A DNA stretch of 64,000 bases, taken from positions 39,310,001-39,374,000 of the forward strand of contig CM097885.1 in assembly GCA_044892525.1 (NCBI GenBank). The letters are read 5' to 3'. The position numbers and the translations under genes were made by a program. The stretch comes from Schmidtea polychroa. Taxonomy: Eukaryota. Positions 21,205 through 36,114 of the stretch are shown here, piece after piece (the stretch's first letter is position 1; every line of letters begins with the position of its first letter). The notes under the pieces were generated by a model that worked only from the letters and a program-made list of their open reading frames with translations, was not told the DNA's origin and ran no database searches.

Positions 21205-22330
21205 TTCAACAACAAACCAACAACTTAGTACCAACAACCAGTAACTTATGAACATGTATTAACAACCAGATACCTACAACTAGTTACTAACAACCAGTTA
21301 CCTGATACCAGATACCTACAACTAGATACCTACAACTAGTTACCTGATACCAACTACTAACAACCACCTACCCATTAACTAGCTACAACCAGCTAACAAC
21401 TAGCTACCACCTACCAAGTACTAACAACCAGTTACCTGATACCAACTACTCACAACCAACATCAACCAGCTAACAATTAGCTACCAAGTACTTACAACTA
21501 GTTACTAACAACTAGCTACCAACTACTAAGTACTAACAACCAACATCAACCAGGTACTAAGCATTATCAACCAAGTACTAACAACTAGATACCTAGTTAC
21601 TAACAACTCGCTAACAACTAACAACTAGATACCAAGTACCAGTAAATTACGAACATGTATTAACAACCAGATACCTACAACTAGTTACTAACAACTAGTT
21701 ACCTGATAGCAACCAACTAGCTACCACCTACCAAGTACTAACAACCAACATCAACCAGGTACTAAGCATTAATTACCAACTACTAAGTACCTACAACCAC
21801 CTACCAACTACTTATAACCAACTACTAAGTACCTACAACTTGTTACTAACAACTAGCTACCACCTACCAAGTACTAACAACCAACAACAACCAGGTACTA
21901 AGCATTATTAACCAACTACTAAGTACTAACAACCAGCTATCAACCAGATACCAAGTACATACAACCAACAACAACTAGTTACTAACAACCAGTTACCTGC
22001 TACTAAGTACCTACAACCAACTAGGTACTAGATACCAAGTACTTACAACCAACATCAACCAGGTACTAAGCATTATCAACCAACTAAATACCAAGTACTA
22101 ACAACCAGTTACCAACTAGGTACTAGATACCAAGTACTCACAACCGACAACAACCAAGTACTAACAACCAGTTACCAACTACTAAGCATTAATTACCTAC
22201 AACTAGTTACTAACAACTAGATACCAAGTACATACAACCAACAACTAAGCATTATCAACCAAGTACTAACAACCAAATAACTTACCTAGTACTAAGCACT
22301 GTCAACTAGATACCAAACACTTACAACCAG
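21205..22330 (+). repeat. Strand-asymmetric A/C-rich shuffled-module repeat (mirror at ~33010-34132)
   Basis: Recombined modules tactaacaac, caccta/ccaagtac, ctagatacc, actaagcatt; very G-poor. Confidence 0.9.
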
Positions 22331-22648
22331 ATGACCACATGAAATTATTGGTTAAATATGAAAATAAGGATTATATTTAGTTGTTAAGTAAATTATGGTG
22401 TAAAATTAAGAAATAAAGAATAATTAGGTAAATTAAGGATAAATTAAGGAAAATTAAGGTTCAAAATTTAAAATTAAGTAATCAATGGTTCAAATTTTAA
22501 ATTAAAGCTAAAGGAGTAAATTAAAGTAATAATTTTTAAATAAGTAATGTAATAAGTAAATTAAACTAAGATTTTTAAATTTATTATCAAAAGATTGAAT
22601 AACCACCAACTTTTTTGAGAAATGTAATTTTTAATGAAAATTTAAATG

Positions 22649-22650
<2 letters not shown>

Positions 22651-22711
<61 letters not shown>
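22651..22711. repeat. (TAA)n microsatellite (mirror at ~32626-32689)
   Basis: About 20 perfect triplets. Confidence 0.95.
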
Positions 22712-22714
<3 letters not shown>

Positions 22715-25369
22715 TACTAATAATAATTCAACAGTTACCAACAATCGGTTACTAAATATTTTTAACTAGGTGCTGACAAATAAGTACCAAATACTTACAA
22801 CATGATACCACATACTAACTAAATCTCAATCAACCAAGTAAAAACAACCAAGTACTAACAACCAACTAAATCTTCTTTATAGTATCTTATGAAATGCTTT
22901 TTAAATTATTTTTTTATATGTCTTCAAAAATATGTTTAATTACAATCAGTAGAAAAACCTTTTCAAATTTAACAAAAATGTTGATTTTCATCAAAAACCA
23001 CAACTCAATCACTTTAAAACACCACGTCATATTCAAAATAATTACAATGAAAGACTAATGAATTCTAATTTACAAAACATTCTTCTTTTAATTGATTACT
23101 ACTGACTTATTATTGCAATGTAAAAATCGCATTCAATAAATACTTATTGTTGATCAATTTTATTATATATACTCTGAGTTTATCCGACAGGATGTTTTGA
23201 CCCCCTAAGGGTACAGGTCATAAGGGTACTGGTCGTAAGGGTATTAGTCGTAAGGGTATTGGTTGTAAGGATATTGCTAACTCTCAACCCCCACCTACCC
23301 ATTAAGTAGTTACTAAGTACTATCAACCAGCTAACAACTAGATACCATGTACTAACAACCACCATCAACCAGATACTAAGCATTATCAACCTACAACTAT
23401 ATAACAACAATCAGTAAACAACACTATACCAACTACCAAATATAAGATACCAACAACTTAGTACCAACAATCAACTAACCACACATAAAAATAATAGCAA
23501 TTAAATACAAAACATTCTTCATCGCATACACTATCTTATCAAAATCTAAAAAGTCAATCAGATATCAACTATCAACTACTAACAACCAACAACTATGTAC
23601 TAACACAAATTGATCTTTAAAAGTAAATACTCATCACTTGGCAAATTGGATGAAAAATTATTTGAACTCAAGGTATCAATAACTAGGTAAAAATTGATTA
23701 AATTATTGTAAAAATTTAAATTATTCAAAATAAATATCATAAAAATTTAATTAATGGACAAGAAAGAATTCTAATCATCCAGTAAATAAAAAAAATACTG
23801 ATCATTCAAGTTGAATCAACTAAGATAATAAATTAATAAGATAAGATCTAGTAGATAATTTATTTAGATTGAATAAATTAATTGAAATAAAATTAATTTT
23901 AATTATTTTTTTGTAAAAGTAATACATGTACTCAAATTGATTGACTGATTTCTCAATATATTCAAAAAATCAGTATGAATTCATTACAAATATTGGATGA
24001 AAAATTAATTGAACTCAAGACATCAATAACTTGGTAAAAATTGATTAAATAATTGTAAAAATTTAAAATTTTCAAAATAAATGTCATAAAAATGTAATTA
24101 ATGGACAAGAAAGAACTTTAAATTCTAGTCATTGATCATTCAAGTTAATATGAATCAACTAAGATAATAAATTAATAAGAATTTTGAAATAAGATCTAGT
24201 AGATAATTGATTTAGATTGAATAAATTAATTGAAATAAAATTAATTTTAAGTATTTTTTTTTTAAAAGTAATACATGTACTCAAATTGATTGACTGATTT
24301 CTCAATATATTCAAAAAATCTGTATGAATTCATTAAACTTATTAAAGTCAGCAATCTACAATAAAAATAATTATCATTAAATTCCAAAAGAGACTAGATA
24401 ACTAATGATAACATCTAACAAACCAGTAAATTCATTCAAATGACAATAATTGGTATATCCAAGTGAATTCTCCAATAAAATCATCTAAAAAGCATCATTT
24501 TCCCCCTAAATATATCAATATTTAAAGATTGGTATTTTAATGATAAATACTTGTTAAAGATCATATATTCTCCTCAAACTAACAAGATTCCTTAAAATCC
24601 CTTAAATGACTATATTTCAACCCTTAATTCATATTATTACAAATAATTCATTAAAATCATCTAAAAAGCATCATTTCCCCTAAATATATCAATATTTAAA
24701 GATTGATATTTTAATGATAAGTACCCGTAAAGGATCATATATTCCCCTCAGACTAATAAGATTCCTTAAAATCCCCTTTAAATGACTATAATTCTAACTT
24801 TAATTCGTATTATCACGAATATTTCCCTATAAAACATGTAAAATCGTTAACCCTAAATAATTTATAAAATCTAATGATAAAACTGGTTATAATTAATTTT
24901 TTGTTAATCACTGTACTCGATATTTTAAATAAATATTACTACAATATAACTGACTAGGTCCCATTGAAAGATTAAATTTATCCATTCAATAAAATATATT
25001 TCTTCAAATGATCATTTTTACCAATATTCAACCGATTTAATTACTAATTAAAATCAAGATTTCTTCCAATAAAGATCAATTTTATTTAGTCAATGTTTTA
25101 AGTCCATATTTCTCAACTTTTGTCGTTGTCCGTCTAAATAAAGATAAAAATAATTTAAAGTTGATATCAATCCCAATTATCTGTAAAGATTTCATTATCA
25201 AAACCAAGTAAATCGATCATTATCCCTACTTAATAAAACATTGTTCTAAATTAATTTACTGTGCATTAATCACAACCTAATAAAACGATATAATTATTAT
25301 TGATTCATAACTGACTAATTGACATTTCCCTTAAAACAATGATATTTTACCAACATCACCATTAAAAAA

Positions 25370-25650
25370 ATCATATATTCCCATCTTAACCCATCTCTCA
25401 TTAAATTTAACCGACTATATTCCAATCTTAACCCATCCCTCATTAAAAGCAACCGACTATATCTCCCTCACAATAATATATTCCCATCTTAACCCATCTC
25501 ACATTAAATCTAACCGACTATATCCCTTTAAAAATCGTATATTCCCATCTTAACCCATCCCTCATTAAATTTAATAACCGACAATATCCCATCTTATCCG
25601 ATCTCTCAGCAAATATTTCTACCCTTTTAAACATCTAACCGAATATATCC
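25370..25650. repeat. 40-60-bp imperfect tandem repeat (mirror at ~29580-29965)
   Basis: Repeats of ttcccatcttaacccatctctcattaaatttaaccgactata. Confidence 0.85.
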
Positions 25651-26177
25651 CTTATTTTCCCTAAAGATTCCGCCCACTTGAGCCCTTTAATATATATCAA
25701 TCCTCTTAAAATCTTTAAAGAACTTCAAAAATATGACTTAATTGTTATAGACACCAAATATTCTTCCATTGAAATAATTTAGTAGCTATGTAGTAAGAGT
25801 TCACTAAAAGATCAAAAATCAATATTTTCTACAAATATTTACCATCAAATACTGGAGATGATATATATTGATTGATCATAATTCTTCATCGATTCAACCA
25901 ATCATTTTCAAGCAATAATAGCAAACTACAATCATTTTCAAGTAAGTTAACTGGTTTCTTAGCTTATGTTTTTTAAAGTTCATCAATGAGTAAATATTCT
26001 TAGAAAAATATTGAAAACATTATTCAGTCAAATACATTACAAAGTTATCATCAAAAGTCACTTAATTATTAACCTAATTGTCAATGAAATTAATTTTTAT
26101 TTAAAAACTATTCAATAAAATACAACTAATTATCAAGAAATTAATTAAATTTATCAATTAAATTTATCAGTCAACAT

Positions 26178-26397
26178 GAAATTCACAAAAAACGATAAAA
26201 ATTCACAAAAATAATAGAAATTCACAAAAATAATAGAAATTCACAAAATTGATAAAAATTCACAAAAAACGATAAAAATTCACAAGAATGATAGAAATTC
26301 ACAAGAATGATAAAAATCCACAAGAATAATAGAAATTCATAAAAATGATAGAAATTCATAACAACGATAAAAATTCATAAAAATTATAGAAATTTAC
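26178..26397. repeat. 19-20-bp minisatellite (mirror at ~28835-29055)
   Basis: About 11 units of aaattcacaaaaatgatag. Confidence 0.9.
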
Positions 26398-27100
26398 TTG
26401 AATAAAACTATCAACTCTAAAAATTATCAATGAATGCCTTAAACAACAAATTTGCTTAAATTCAAATAAAAGCATTAAATATCTTTACAACTAATACCCT
26501 TGTGACATGTTGAATGTGAGTAGTACCCTTGTGAGCAATACCCATAGGGGGACAGAATATTTTGTCGGATAAACTCAGAGTATATATTAATTAACTCATT
26601 CTTCATTGAATCAGTAAAATTATCATAAATTTCGATAAAAATTCTAAAGTGGTAAGCAATGTAAAGAGAAATATTCTTTAAACTTTGATAAAATTAACAA
26701 TGAAGGTGGTAAGAATCTTCATTAAAGTGAGGAAATTACTCGATGATAAATTCAAATGGGTGAAAATAATTGGTAGAATAATTCATTAATGGAGGTAAAT
26801 AATGAGAAGTGGCATAGATAAGAAGAAGGTTGATAAAAATGTAAATATATTAATTGAATTTATTTAAAATTATTTCATAAAATTCATAAATTTAATAAAA
26901 AAAAAACTTTTAAGACAAATATTTGTGGGGAATAATTAATCAAAATCGGGGGGATATTAGTGATTAATTAATGGAAAATCGGGAATCGGGGGTAATATAG
27001 GGATTAAATAGTGGAAAATCGTGGGAATATAAGTGATAATAATTAGTGGGGTATTGAGAATCGGGGAATATAAGTGAGAAGGATATGTAATTTAAACTAT

Positions 27101-27178
27101 TTTATTACATAACAAGCCGCGACTAGTTTATTACATAACAAGCCGTGACTAGTTTATTACATAACAATCTGTGAATAG
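27101..27178. repeat. 26-bp tandem repeat, three units (mirror at ~28054-28131)
   Basis: tttattacataacaagccg(c/t)gactag. Confidence 0.9.
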
Positions 27179-28651
27179 TATTTTATTGAAATTATTGATT
27201 AGGTCTTTTTTTTTAATTTTTGAATAGGTACTTTAATACCTTAATAATTTAAATGTTTTGATTTACACTAATTAATTTCTAAATCAATTACCCTTTTCAA
27301 TCAATATAAGTTAATATTCAAATATAAGTCTTCGAAAATATAAATTTTATAAGTAAAGCTTTTTTAAATAAATTTAAATAAGAAATTAATTTATTACCAG
27401 TTATATACTTTTAAACTTATTTATGGAATAAAACATTAGAAATAAAAAAGTTTTTGTTGTATAAGTACTTGCAATAATAGCTATATATTATTAAATTTAC
27501 GATTCTACACTAAATATTTCGAAACGAATATCATAATATGAATTATATTACTCCTTTCAATAAAAATAAGATAAATATTCTAATAAAACTTATATTTTTA
27601 AATTTAGTGTAAAGAATTTAATTTTAATTGTATTTTATAAGTCATTTATTTGAATATTTATCTTATTTTTATTGAAAGGAGTAATATAATTCATATTATG
27701 ATATTCGTTTCGAAATATTTAGTGTAGAATCGTAAATTTAATAATATATAGCTATTATTGCAAGTACTTATACAACAAAAACTTTTTTATTTCTAATGTT
27801 TTATTCCATAAATAAGTTTAAAAGTATATAACTGGTAATAAATTAATTTCTTATTTAAATTTATTTAAAAAAGCTTTACTTATAAAATTTATATTTTCGA
27901 AGACTTATATTTGAATATTAACTTATATTGATTGAAAAGGGTAATTGATTTAGAAATTAATTAGTGTAAATCAAAACATTTAAATTATTAAGGTATTAAA
28001 GTACCTATTCAAAAATTAAAAAAAAAGACCTAATCAATAATTTCAATAAAATACTATTCACAGATTGTTATGTAATAAACTAGTCACGGCTTGTTATGTA
28101 ATAAACTAGTCGCGGCTTGTTATGTAATAAAATAGTTTAAATTACATATCCTTCTCACTTATATTCCCCGATTCTCAATACCCCACTAATTATTATCACT
28201 TATATTCCCACGATTTTCCACTATTTAATCCCTATATTACCCCCGATTCCCGATTTTCCATTAATTAATCACTAATATCCCCCCGATTTTGATTAATTAT
28301 TCCCCACAAATATTTGTCTTAAAAGTTTTTTTTTTATTAAATTTATGAATTTTATGAAATAATTTTAAATAAATTCAATTAATATATTTACATTTTTATC
28401 AACCTTCTTCTTATCTATGCCACTTCTCATTATTTACCTCCATTAATGAATTATTCTACCAATTATTTTCACCCATTTGAATTTATCATCGAGTAATTTC
28501 CTCACTTTAATGAAGATTCTTACCACCTTCATTGTTAATTTTATCAAAGTTTAAAGAATATTTCTCTTTACATTGCTTACCACTTTAGAATTTTTATCGA
28601 AATTTATGATAATTTTACTGATTCAATGAAGAATGAGTTAATTAATATATA

Positions 28652-31600
28652 CTCTGAGTTTATCCGACAAAATATTCTGTCCCCCTATGGGTATTGCTCA
28701 CAAGGGTACTACTCACATTCAACATGTCACAAGGGTATTAGTTGTAAAGATATTTAATGCTTTTATTTGAATTTAAGCAAATTTGTTGTTTAAGGCATTC
28801 ATTGATAATTTTTAGAGTTGATAGTTTTATTCAAGTAAATTTCTATAATTTTTATGAATTTTTATCGTTGTTATGAATTTCTATCATTTTTATGAATTTC
28901 TATTATTCTTGTGGATTTTTATCATTCTTGTGAATTTCTATCATTCTTGTGAATTTTTATCGTTTTTTGTGAATTTTTATCAATTTTGTGAATTTCTATT
29001 ATTTTTGTGAATTTCTATTATTTTTGTGAATTTTTATCGTTTTTTGTGAATTTCATGTTGACTGATAAATTTAATTGATAAATTTAATTAATTTCTTGAT
29101 AATTAGTTGTATTTTATTGAATAGTTTTTAAATAAAAATTAATTTCATTGACAATTAGGTTAATAATTAAGTGACTTTTGATGATAACTTTGTAATGTAT
29201 TTGACTGAATAATGTTTTCAATATTTTTCTAAGAATATTTACTCATTGATGAACTTTAAAAAACATAAGCTAAGAAACCAGTTAACTTACTTGAAAATGA
29301 TTGTAGTTTGCTATTATTGCTTGAAAATGATTGGTTGAATCGATGAAGAATTATGATCAATCAATATATATCATCTCCAGTATTTGATGGTAAATATTTG
29401 TAGAAAATATTGATTTTTGATCTTTTAGTGAACTCTTACTACATAGCTACTAAATTATTTCAATGGAAGAATATTTGGTGTCTATAACAATTAAGTCATA
29501 TTTTTGAAGTTCTTTAAAGATTTTAAGAGGATTGATATATATTAAAGGGCTCAAGTGGGCGGAATCTTTAGGGAAAATAAGGGATATATTCGGTTAGATG
29601 TTTAAAAGGGTAGAAATATTTGCTGAGAGATCGGATAAGATGGGATATTGTCGGTTATTAAATTTAATGAGGGATGGGTTAAGATGGGAATATACGATTT
29701 TTAAAGGGATATAGTCGGTTAGATTTAATGAGAGATCGGTTAAGATGGGATATTGTTGGTTAGATTTAATGAGAGGTCGGTTAAGATGGGGAAAATATGA
29801 TCTTTTAAGGGGATATAGTCGGTTAGATTTAATGTGAGATGGGTTAAGATGGGAATATATTATTGTGAGGGAGATATAGTCGGTTGCTTTTAATGAGGGA
29901 TGGGTTAAGATTGGAATATAGTCGGTTAAATTTAATGAGAGATGGGTTAAGATGGGAATATATGATTTTTTTAATGGTGATGTTGGTAAAATATCATTGT
30001 TTTAAGGGAAATGTCAATTAGTCAGTTATGAATCAATAATAATTATATCGTTTTATTAGGTTGTGATTAATGCACAGTAAATTAATTTAGAACAATGTTT
30101 TATTAAGTAGGGATAATGATCGATTTACTTGGTTTTGATAATGAAATCTTTACAGATAATTGGGATTGATATCAACTTTAAATTATTTTTATCTTTATTT
30201 AGACGGACAACGACAAAAGTTGAGAAATATGGACTTAAAACATTGACTAAATAAAATTGATCTTTATTGGAAGAAATCTTGATTTTAATTAGTAATTAAA
30301 TCGGTTGAATATTGGTAAAAATGATCATTTGAAGAAATATATTTTATTGAATGGATAAATTTAATCTTTCAATGGGACCTAGTCAGTTATATTGTAGTAA
30401 TATTTATTTAAAATATCGAGTACAGTGATTAACAAAAAATTAATTATAACCAGTTTTATCATTAGATTTTATAAATTATTTAGGGTTAATGATTTTACAT
30501 GTTTTATAGGGAAATATTCGTGATAATACGAATTAAAGTTAGAATTATAGTCATTTAAAGGGGATTTTAAGGAATCTTATTAGTCTGAGGGGAATATATG
30601 ATCCTTTACGGGTACTTATCATTAAAATATCAATCTTTAAATATTGATATATTTAGGGGAAATGATGCTTTTTAGATGATTTTAATGAATTATTTGTAAT
30701 AATATGAATTAAGGGTTGAAATATAGTCATTTAAGGGATTTTAAGGAATCTTGTTAGTTTGAGGAGAATATATGATCTTTAACAAGTATTTATCATTAAA
30801 ATACCAATCTTTAAATATTGATATATTTAGGGGGAAAATGATGCTTTTTAGATGATTTTATTGGAGAATTCACTTGGATATACCAATTATTGTCATTTGA
30901 ATGAGTTTACTGGTTTGTTAGATGTTATCATTAGTTATCTAGTCTCTTTTGGAATTTAATGATAATTATTTTTATTGTAGATTGCTGACTTTAATAAGTT
31001 TAATGAATTCATACAGATTTTTTGAATATATTGAGAAATCAGTCAATCAATTTGAGTACATGTATTACTTTTAAAAAAAAAATACTTAAAATTAATTTTA
31101 TTTCAATTAATTTATTCAATCTAAATCAATTATCTACTAGATCTTATTTCAAAATTCTTATTAATTTATTATCTTAGTTGATTCATATTAACTTGAATGA
31201 TCAATGACTAGAATTTAAAGTTCTTTCTTGTCCATTAATTACATTTTTATGACATTTATTTTGAAAATTTTAAATTTTTACAATTATTTAATCAATTTTT
31301 ACCAAGTTATTGATGTCTTGAGTTCAATTAATTTTTCATCCAATATTTGTAATGAATTTATACTGATTTTTTGAATATATTGAGAAATCAGTCAATCAAT
31401 TTGAGTACATGTATTACTTTTACAAAAAAATAATTAAAATTAATTTTATTTCAATTAATTTATTCAATCTAAATAAATTATCTACTAGATCTTATCTTAT
31501 TAATTTATTATCTTAGTTGATTCAACTTGAATGATCAGTATTTTTTTTATTTACTGGATGATTAGAATTCTTTCTTGTCCATTAATTAAATTTTTATGAT

Positions 31601-32164
31601 ATTTATTTTGAATAATTTAAATTTTTACAATAATTTAATCAATTTTTACCTAGTTATTGATACCTTGAGTTCAAATAATTTTTCATCCAATTTGCCAAGT
31701 GATGAGTATTTACTTTTAAAGATCAATTTGTGTTAGTACATATTTGTTGGTTGTTAGTAGTTGATAGTTGATATCTGATTGACTTTTTAGATTTTGATAA
31801 GATAGTGTATGCGATGAAGAATGTTTTGCATTTAATTGCTATTATTTTTATGTGTGGTTAGTTGATTGTTGGTACTAAGTTGTTGGTATCTTATATTTGG
31901 TAGTTGGTATAGTGTTGTTTACTGATTGTTGTTATATAGTTGTAGGTTGATAATGCTTAGTATCTGGTTGATGGTGGTTGTTAGTACATGGTATCTAGTT
32001 GTTAGCTGGTTGATAGTACTTAGTAACTACTTAATGGGTAGGTGGGGGTTGAGAGTTAGCAATATCCTTACAACCAATACCCTTACGACTAATACCCTTA
32101 CGACCAGTACCCTTATGACCTGTACCCTTAGGGGGTCAAAACATCCTGTCGGATAAACTCAGAG
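28652..32164. mobile_element. Mirror copy of the nested TIR element (104 bp longer)
   Basis: Same TIRs; extra internal repeat units near 29.7-29.8 kb. Confidence 0.8.
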
Positions 32165-32621
32165 TATATATAATAAAATTGATCAACAATAAGTATTTAT
32201 TGAATGCGATTTTTACATTGCAATAATAAGTCAGTAGTAATCAATTAAAAGAAGAATGTTTTGTAAATTAGAATTCATTAGTCTTTCATTGTAATTATTT
32301 TGAATATGACGTGGTGTTTTAAAGTGATTGAGTTGTGGTTTTTGATGAAAATCAACATTTTTGTTAAATTTGAAAAGGTTTTTCTACTGATTGTAATTAA
32401 ACATATTTTTGAAGAGATATAAAAAAATAATTTAAAAAGCATTTCATAAGATACAATAAAGAAGATTTAGTTGGTTGTTAGTACTTGGTTGTTTTTACTT
32501 GGTTGATTGAGATTTAGTTAGTATGTGGTATCATGTTGTAAGTATTTGGTACTTATTTGTCAGCACCTAGTTAAAAATATTTAGTAACCGATTGTTGGTA
32601 ACTGTTGAATTATTATTAGTA

Positions 32622-32690
<69 letters not shown>

Positions 32691-34869
32691 CATTTAAATT
32701 TTCATTAAAAATTACATTTCTCAAAAAAGTTGGTGGTTATTCAATCTTTTGATAATAAATTTAAAAATCTTAGTTTAATTTACTTATTACATTACTTATT
32801 TAAAAATTATTACTTTAATTTACTCCTTTAGCTTTAATTTAAAATTTGAACCATTGATTACTTAATTTTAAATTTTGAACCTTAATTTTCCTTAATTTAT
32901 CCTTAATTTACCTAATTATTCTTTATTTCTTAATTTTACACCATAATTTACTTAACAACTAAATATAATCCTTATTTTCATATTTAACCAATAATTTCAT
33001 GTGGTCATCTGGTTGTAAGTGTTTGGTATCTAGTTGACAGTGCTTAGTACTAGGTAAGTTATTTGGTTGTTAGTACTTGGTTGATAATGCTTAGTTGTTG
33101 GTTGTATGTACTTGGTATCTAGTTGTTAGTAACTAGTTGTAGGTAATTAATGCTTAGTAGTTGGTAACTGGTTGTTAGTACTTGGTTGTTGTCGGTTGTG
33201 AGTACTTGGTATCTAGTACCTAGTTGGTAACTGGTTGTTAGTACTTGGTATTTAGTTGGTTGATAATGCTTAGTACCTGGTTGATGTTGGTTGTAAGTAC
33301 TTGGTATCTAGTACCTAGTTGGTTGTAGGTACTTAGTAGCAGGTAACTGGTTGTTAGTAACTAGTTGTTGTTGGTTGTATGTACTTGGTATCTGGTTGAT
33401 AGCTGGTTGTTAGTACTTAGTAGTTGGTTAATAATGCTTAGTACCTGGTTGTTGTTGGTTGTTAGTACTTGGTAGGTGGTAGCTAGTTGTTAGTAACAAG
33501 TTGTAGGTACTTAGTAGTTGGTTATAAGTAGTTGGTAGGTGGTTGTAGGTACTTAGTAGTTGGTAATTAATGCTTAGTACCTGGTTGATGTTGGTTGTTA
33601 GTACTTGGTAGGTGGTAGCTAGTTGGTTGCTATCAGGTAACTAGTTGTTAGTAACTAGTTGTAGGTATCTGGTTGTTAATACATGTTCGTAATTTACTGG
33701 TACTTGGTATCTAGTTGTTAGTTGTTAGCGAGTTGTTAGTAACTAGGTATCTAGTTGTTAGTACTTGGTTGATAATGCTTAGTACCTGGTTGATGTTGGT
33801 TGTTAGTACTTAGTAGTTGGTAGCTAGTTGTTAGTAACTAGTTGTAAGTACTTGGTAGCTAATTGTTAGCTGGTTGATGTTGGTTGTGAGTAGTTGGTAT
33901 CAGGTAACTGGTTGTTAGTACTTGGTAGGTGGTAGCTAGTTGTTAGCTGGTTGTAGCTAGTTAATGGGTAGGTGGTTGTTAGTAGTTGGTATCAGGTAAC
34001 TAGTTGTAGGTATCTAGTTGTAGGTATCTGGTATCAGGTAACTGGTTGTTAGTAACTAGTTGTAGGTATCTGGTTGTTAATACATGTTCATAAGTTACTG
34101 GTTGTTGGTACTAAGTTGTTGGTTTGTTGTTGAATTATTATTAAAATTTGTCTTTGAAAAATATTTCATAAAAATTTTCATTAAAAATTATCTTAAAAAT
34201 TTCCATTTAAAATTATCTTTGAAAAATATTTCATAAAAATTTCCATTAAAAATTACTTAAAAAATTATTCCATAAAAATTTTCATTAAAAAATTTCAATT
34301 CTCAAACACCTTCAACTTTTTGTTAATAAATTTTAAAATCTTACTTTAATTTACTTATTTAAAATTTTTTACCATTGATTACTTAATTTAAAAATTATTA
34401 CTTTAATTTACTTATTTAAAATTTTTTACCATTGATTACTTAATTTTAAAATTTGGACCTTAATTAACTTTAATTTAATTTTTAGAACCTAAATTTACTT
34501 TAATTTTAAAATTTGGACCATAATTTACTTTAATTTAATTTTTAGAACCATAATTTACTGTAATTCAAAATTTGGACCATAATTTACTGTATTTGAAAAA
34601 TTTAGAACCATAATTTACTTTTAATTTAATTTTTAGAACCATAATTTACTTTAATTCAAAAATTTGGACCATAATTTACTGTATTTGAAAAATTTAGAAC
34701 CATAATTTACTTTAATTTAATTTTTAGAACCATAATTTACTGTAATTTAATTTTTTAGAACCATAATTTACTTTAATTGAAAAAATTTGGACCATAATTT
34801 ACTTTAATTCAATTTTTAGAACCATTATTTACTGTAATTTAATTTTTTAGAACCTTAATCTACTTAATT

Positions 34870-34901
34870 TAATTGTTCCCGTGGGCTACTATCTACCTAC
34901 T
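34870..34901 (-). repeat. Third, internal copy of the 32-bp terminus, created by the palindrome
   Basis: taattgttcccgtgggctactatctacctact followed by gtaaat, the reverse complement of the TSD. Confidence 0.95.
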
Positions 34902-36114
34902 GTAAATATAAAAAGATTTCTCTTAATTCAATGATTCTTGATTGTCTTTTGACTTTATTTTGATGTCGACAAATGTTAAATCTACCGATAATAAGAGTCA
35001 AGATAGATCGAAATTTATTAAATTAAGCCAACATATTAAGATAAATTATCAAGGTTTCAAGAAACGAAAAGAGCTTTATAATGAAATAAATTAAATGCTA
35101 TGTCACGTACTTAATAAACTACCATTGAGTTTATTTCAAATAAGAGTAAAAATATTTAATTTTTGAAATGGAATAAATGATGTTTTATTGGTGTTCAATA
35201 ACATTAGGAAAGGTCTTTGAGTATTTTTAAGCTGCTATTAATTAACTTTCATAAAATAATACATAGATTGTCTATTAATATTCATATATAATAATATTTT
35301 ATGAAAACTAATTCAATGACATAATAGTTATTTGTCAAAGTTTTTTGAATTTTATCTATGCGTTAAAATAGAAATTGTTTTGAATAAAATTAAATACTAT
35401 AATAAAAGTCATCCTATAAATATTCACCATAATCTGATTTCAACTGCAACATATTTTTAATATTCAATCAATCCTAGCTTGTTGAATTCAATTTGCAAAA
35501 CTAATATGTTTGACTGTTAATTGTAAAAAATATATAATACTCAATATTGCATACCTGTGTAGTGACGTCATAAATGTTTTTTGTTGGGTGTCAAGTAACA
35601 GTAACCTTATCACTCAGTTACTTACACACGCACACATACGGTAATCATAGACCAAATCTGACCTTTCAATGAAAAAATAAAAACCAATTATCTAAACATA
35701 TGTCAACTATTATCTATAACATGAAAGTTGACTAAATAATGAGTAATAAATATAATTACTTACATTCTATTTCCCTATCTTTCGAAATTTTCTAGGTCTA
35801 TTATTTTATTAAAATTATGAAATTGATTTTAATTACAATATAAATTTTGTTTAATAATAGAATAACTTAGAAATTTTAATTTTTATTGATAAATATAATT
35901 TCAAACGTATCCTTAAAATGTTCTATCATAACAAAAATAAAATAGAGATTTATGTACTTTCTCATTATCAGTTTTGCAAACAAACTACTATCATAAAAAT
36001 ACAATTTAATATTAAAGATATATATCAAACATTTTACATTGAAAAATAAATATATTAAACACTCTAAAGAAAAAACAACAATCATAATATTAAACAAATA
36101 TAGAAAGGAAAAAT

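Larger units (their letters stand above)
23172..26580. mobile_element. Nested 3.4-kb non-autonomous TIR element flanked by TA(TA), Tc1/mariner-superfamily-like
   Basis: Ends ctctgagtttatccgaca / tgtcggataaactcagag, extending imperfectly to ~60 bp, both flanked by TATATA. 15-bp subterminal repeats (taagggtactggtcg) at 23206-23280. No transposase ORF. Confidence 0.8.

Noticed and set aside
23180..23410. 76-aa ORF and its mirror at 31926-32156
   Set aside because: Translation of TIR and 15-bp subterminal repeats; not a transposase.
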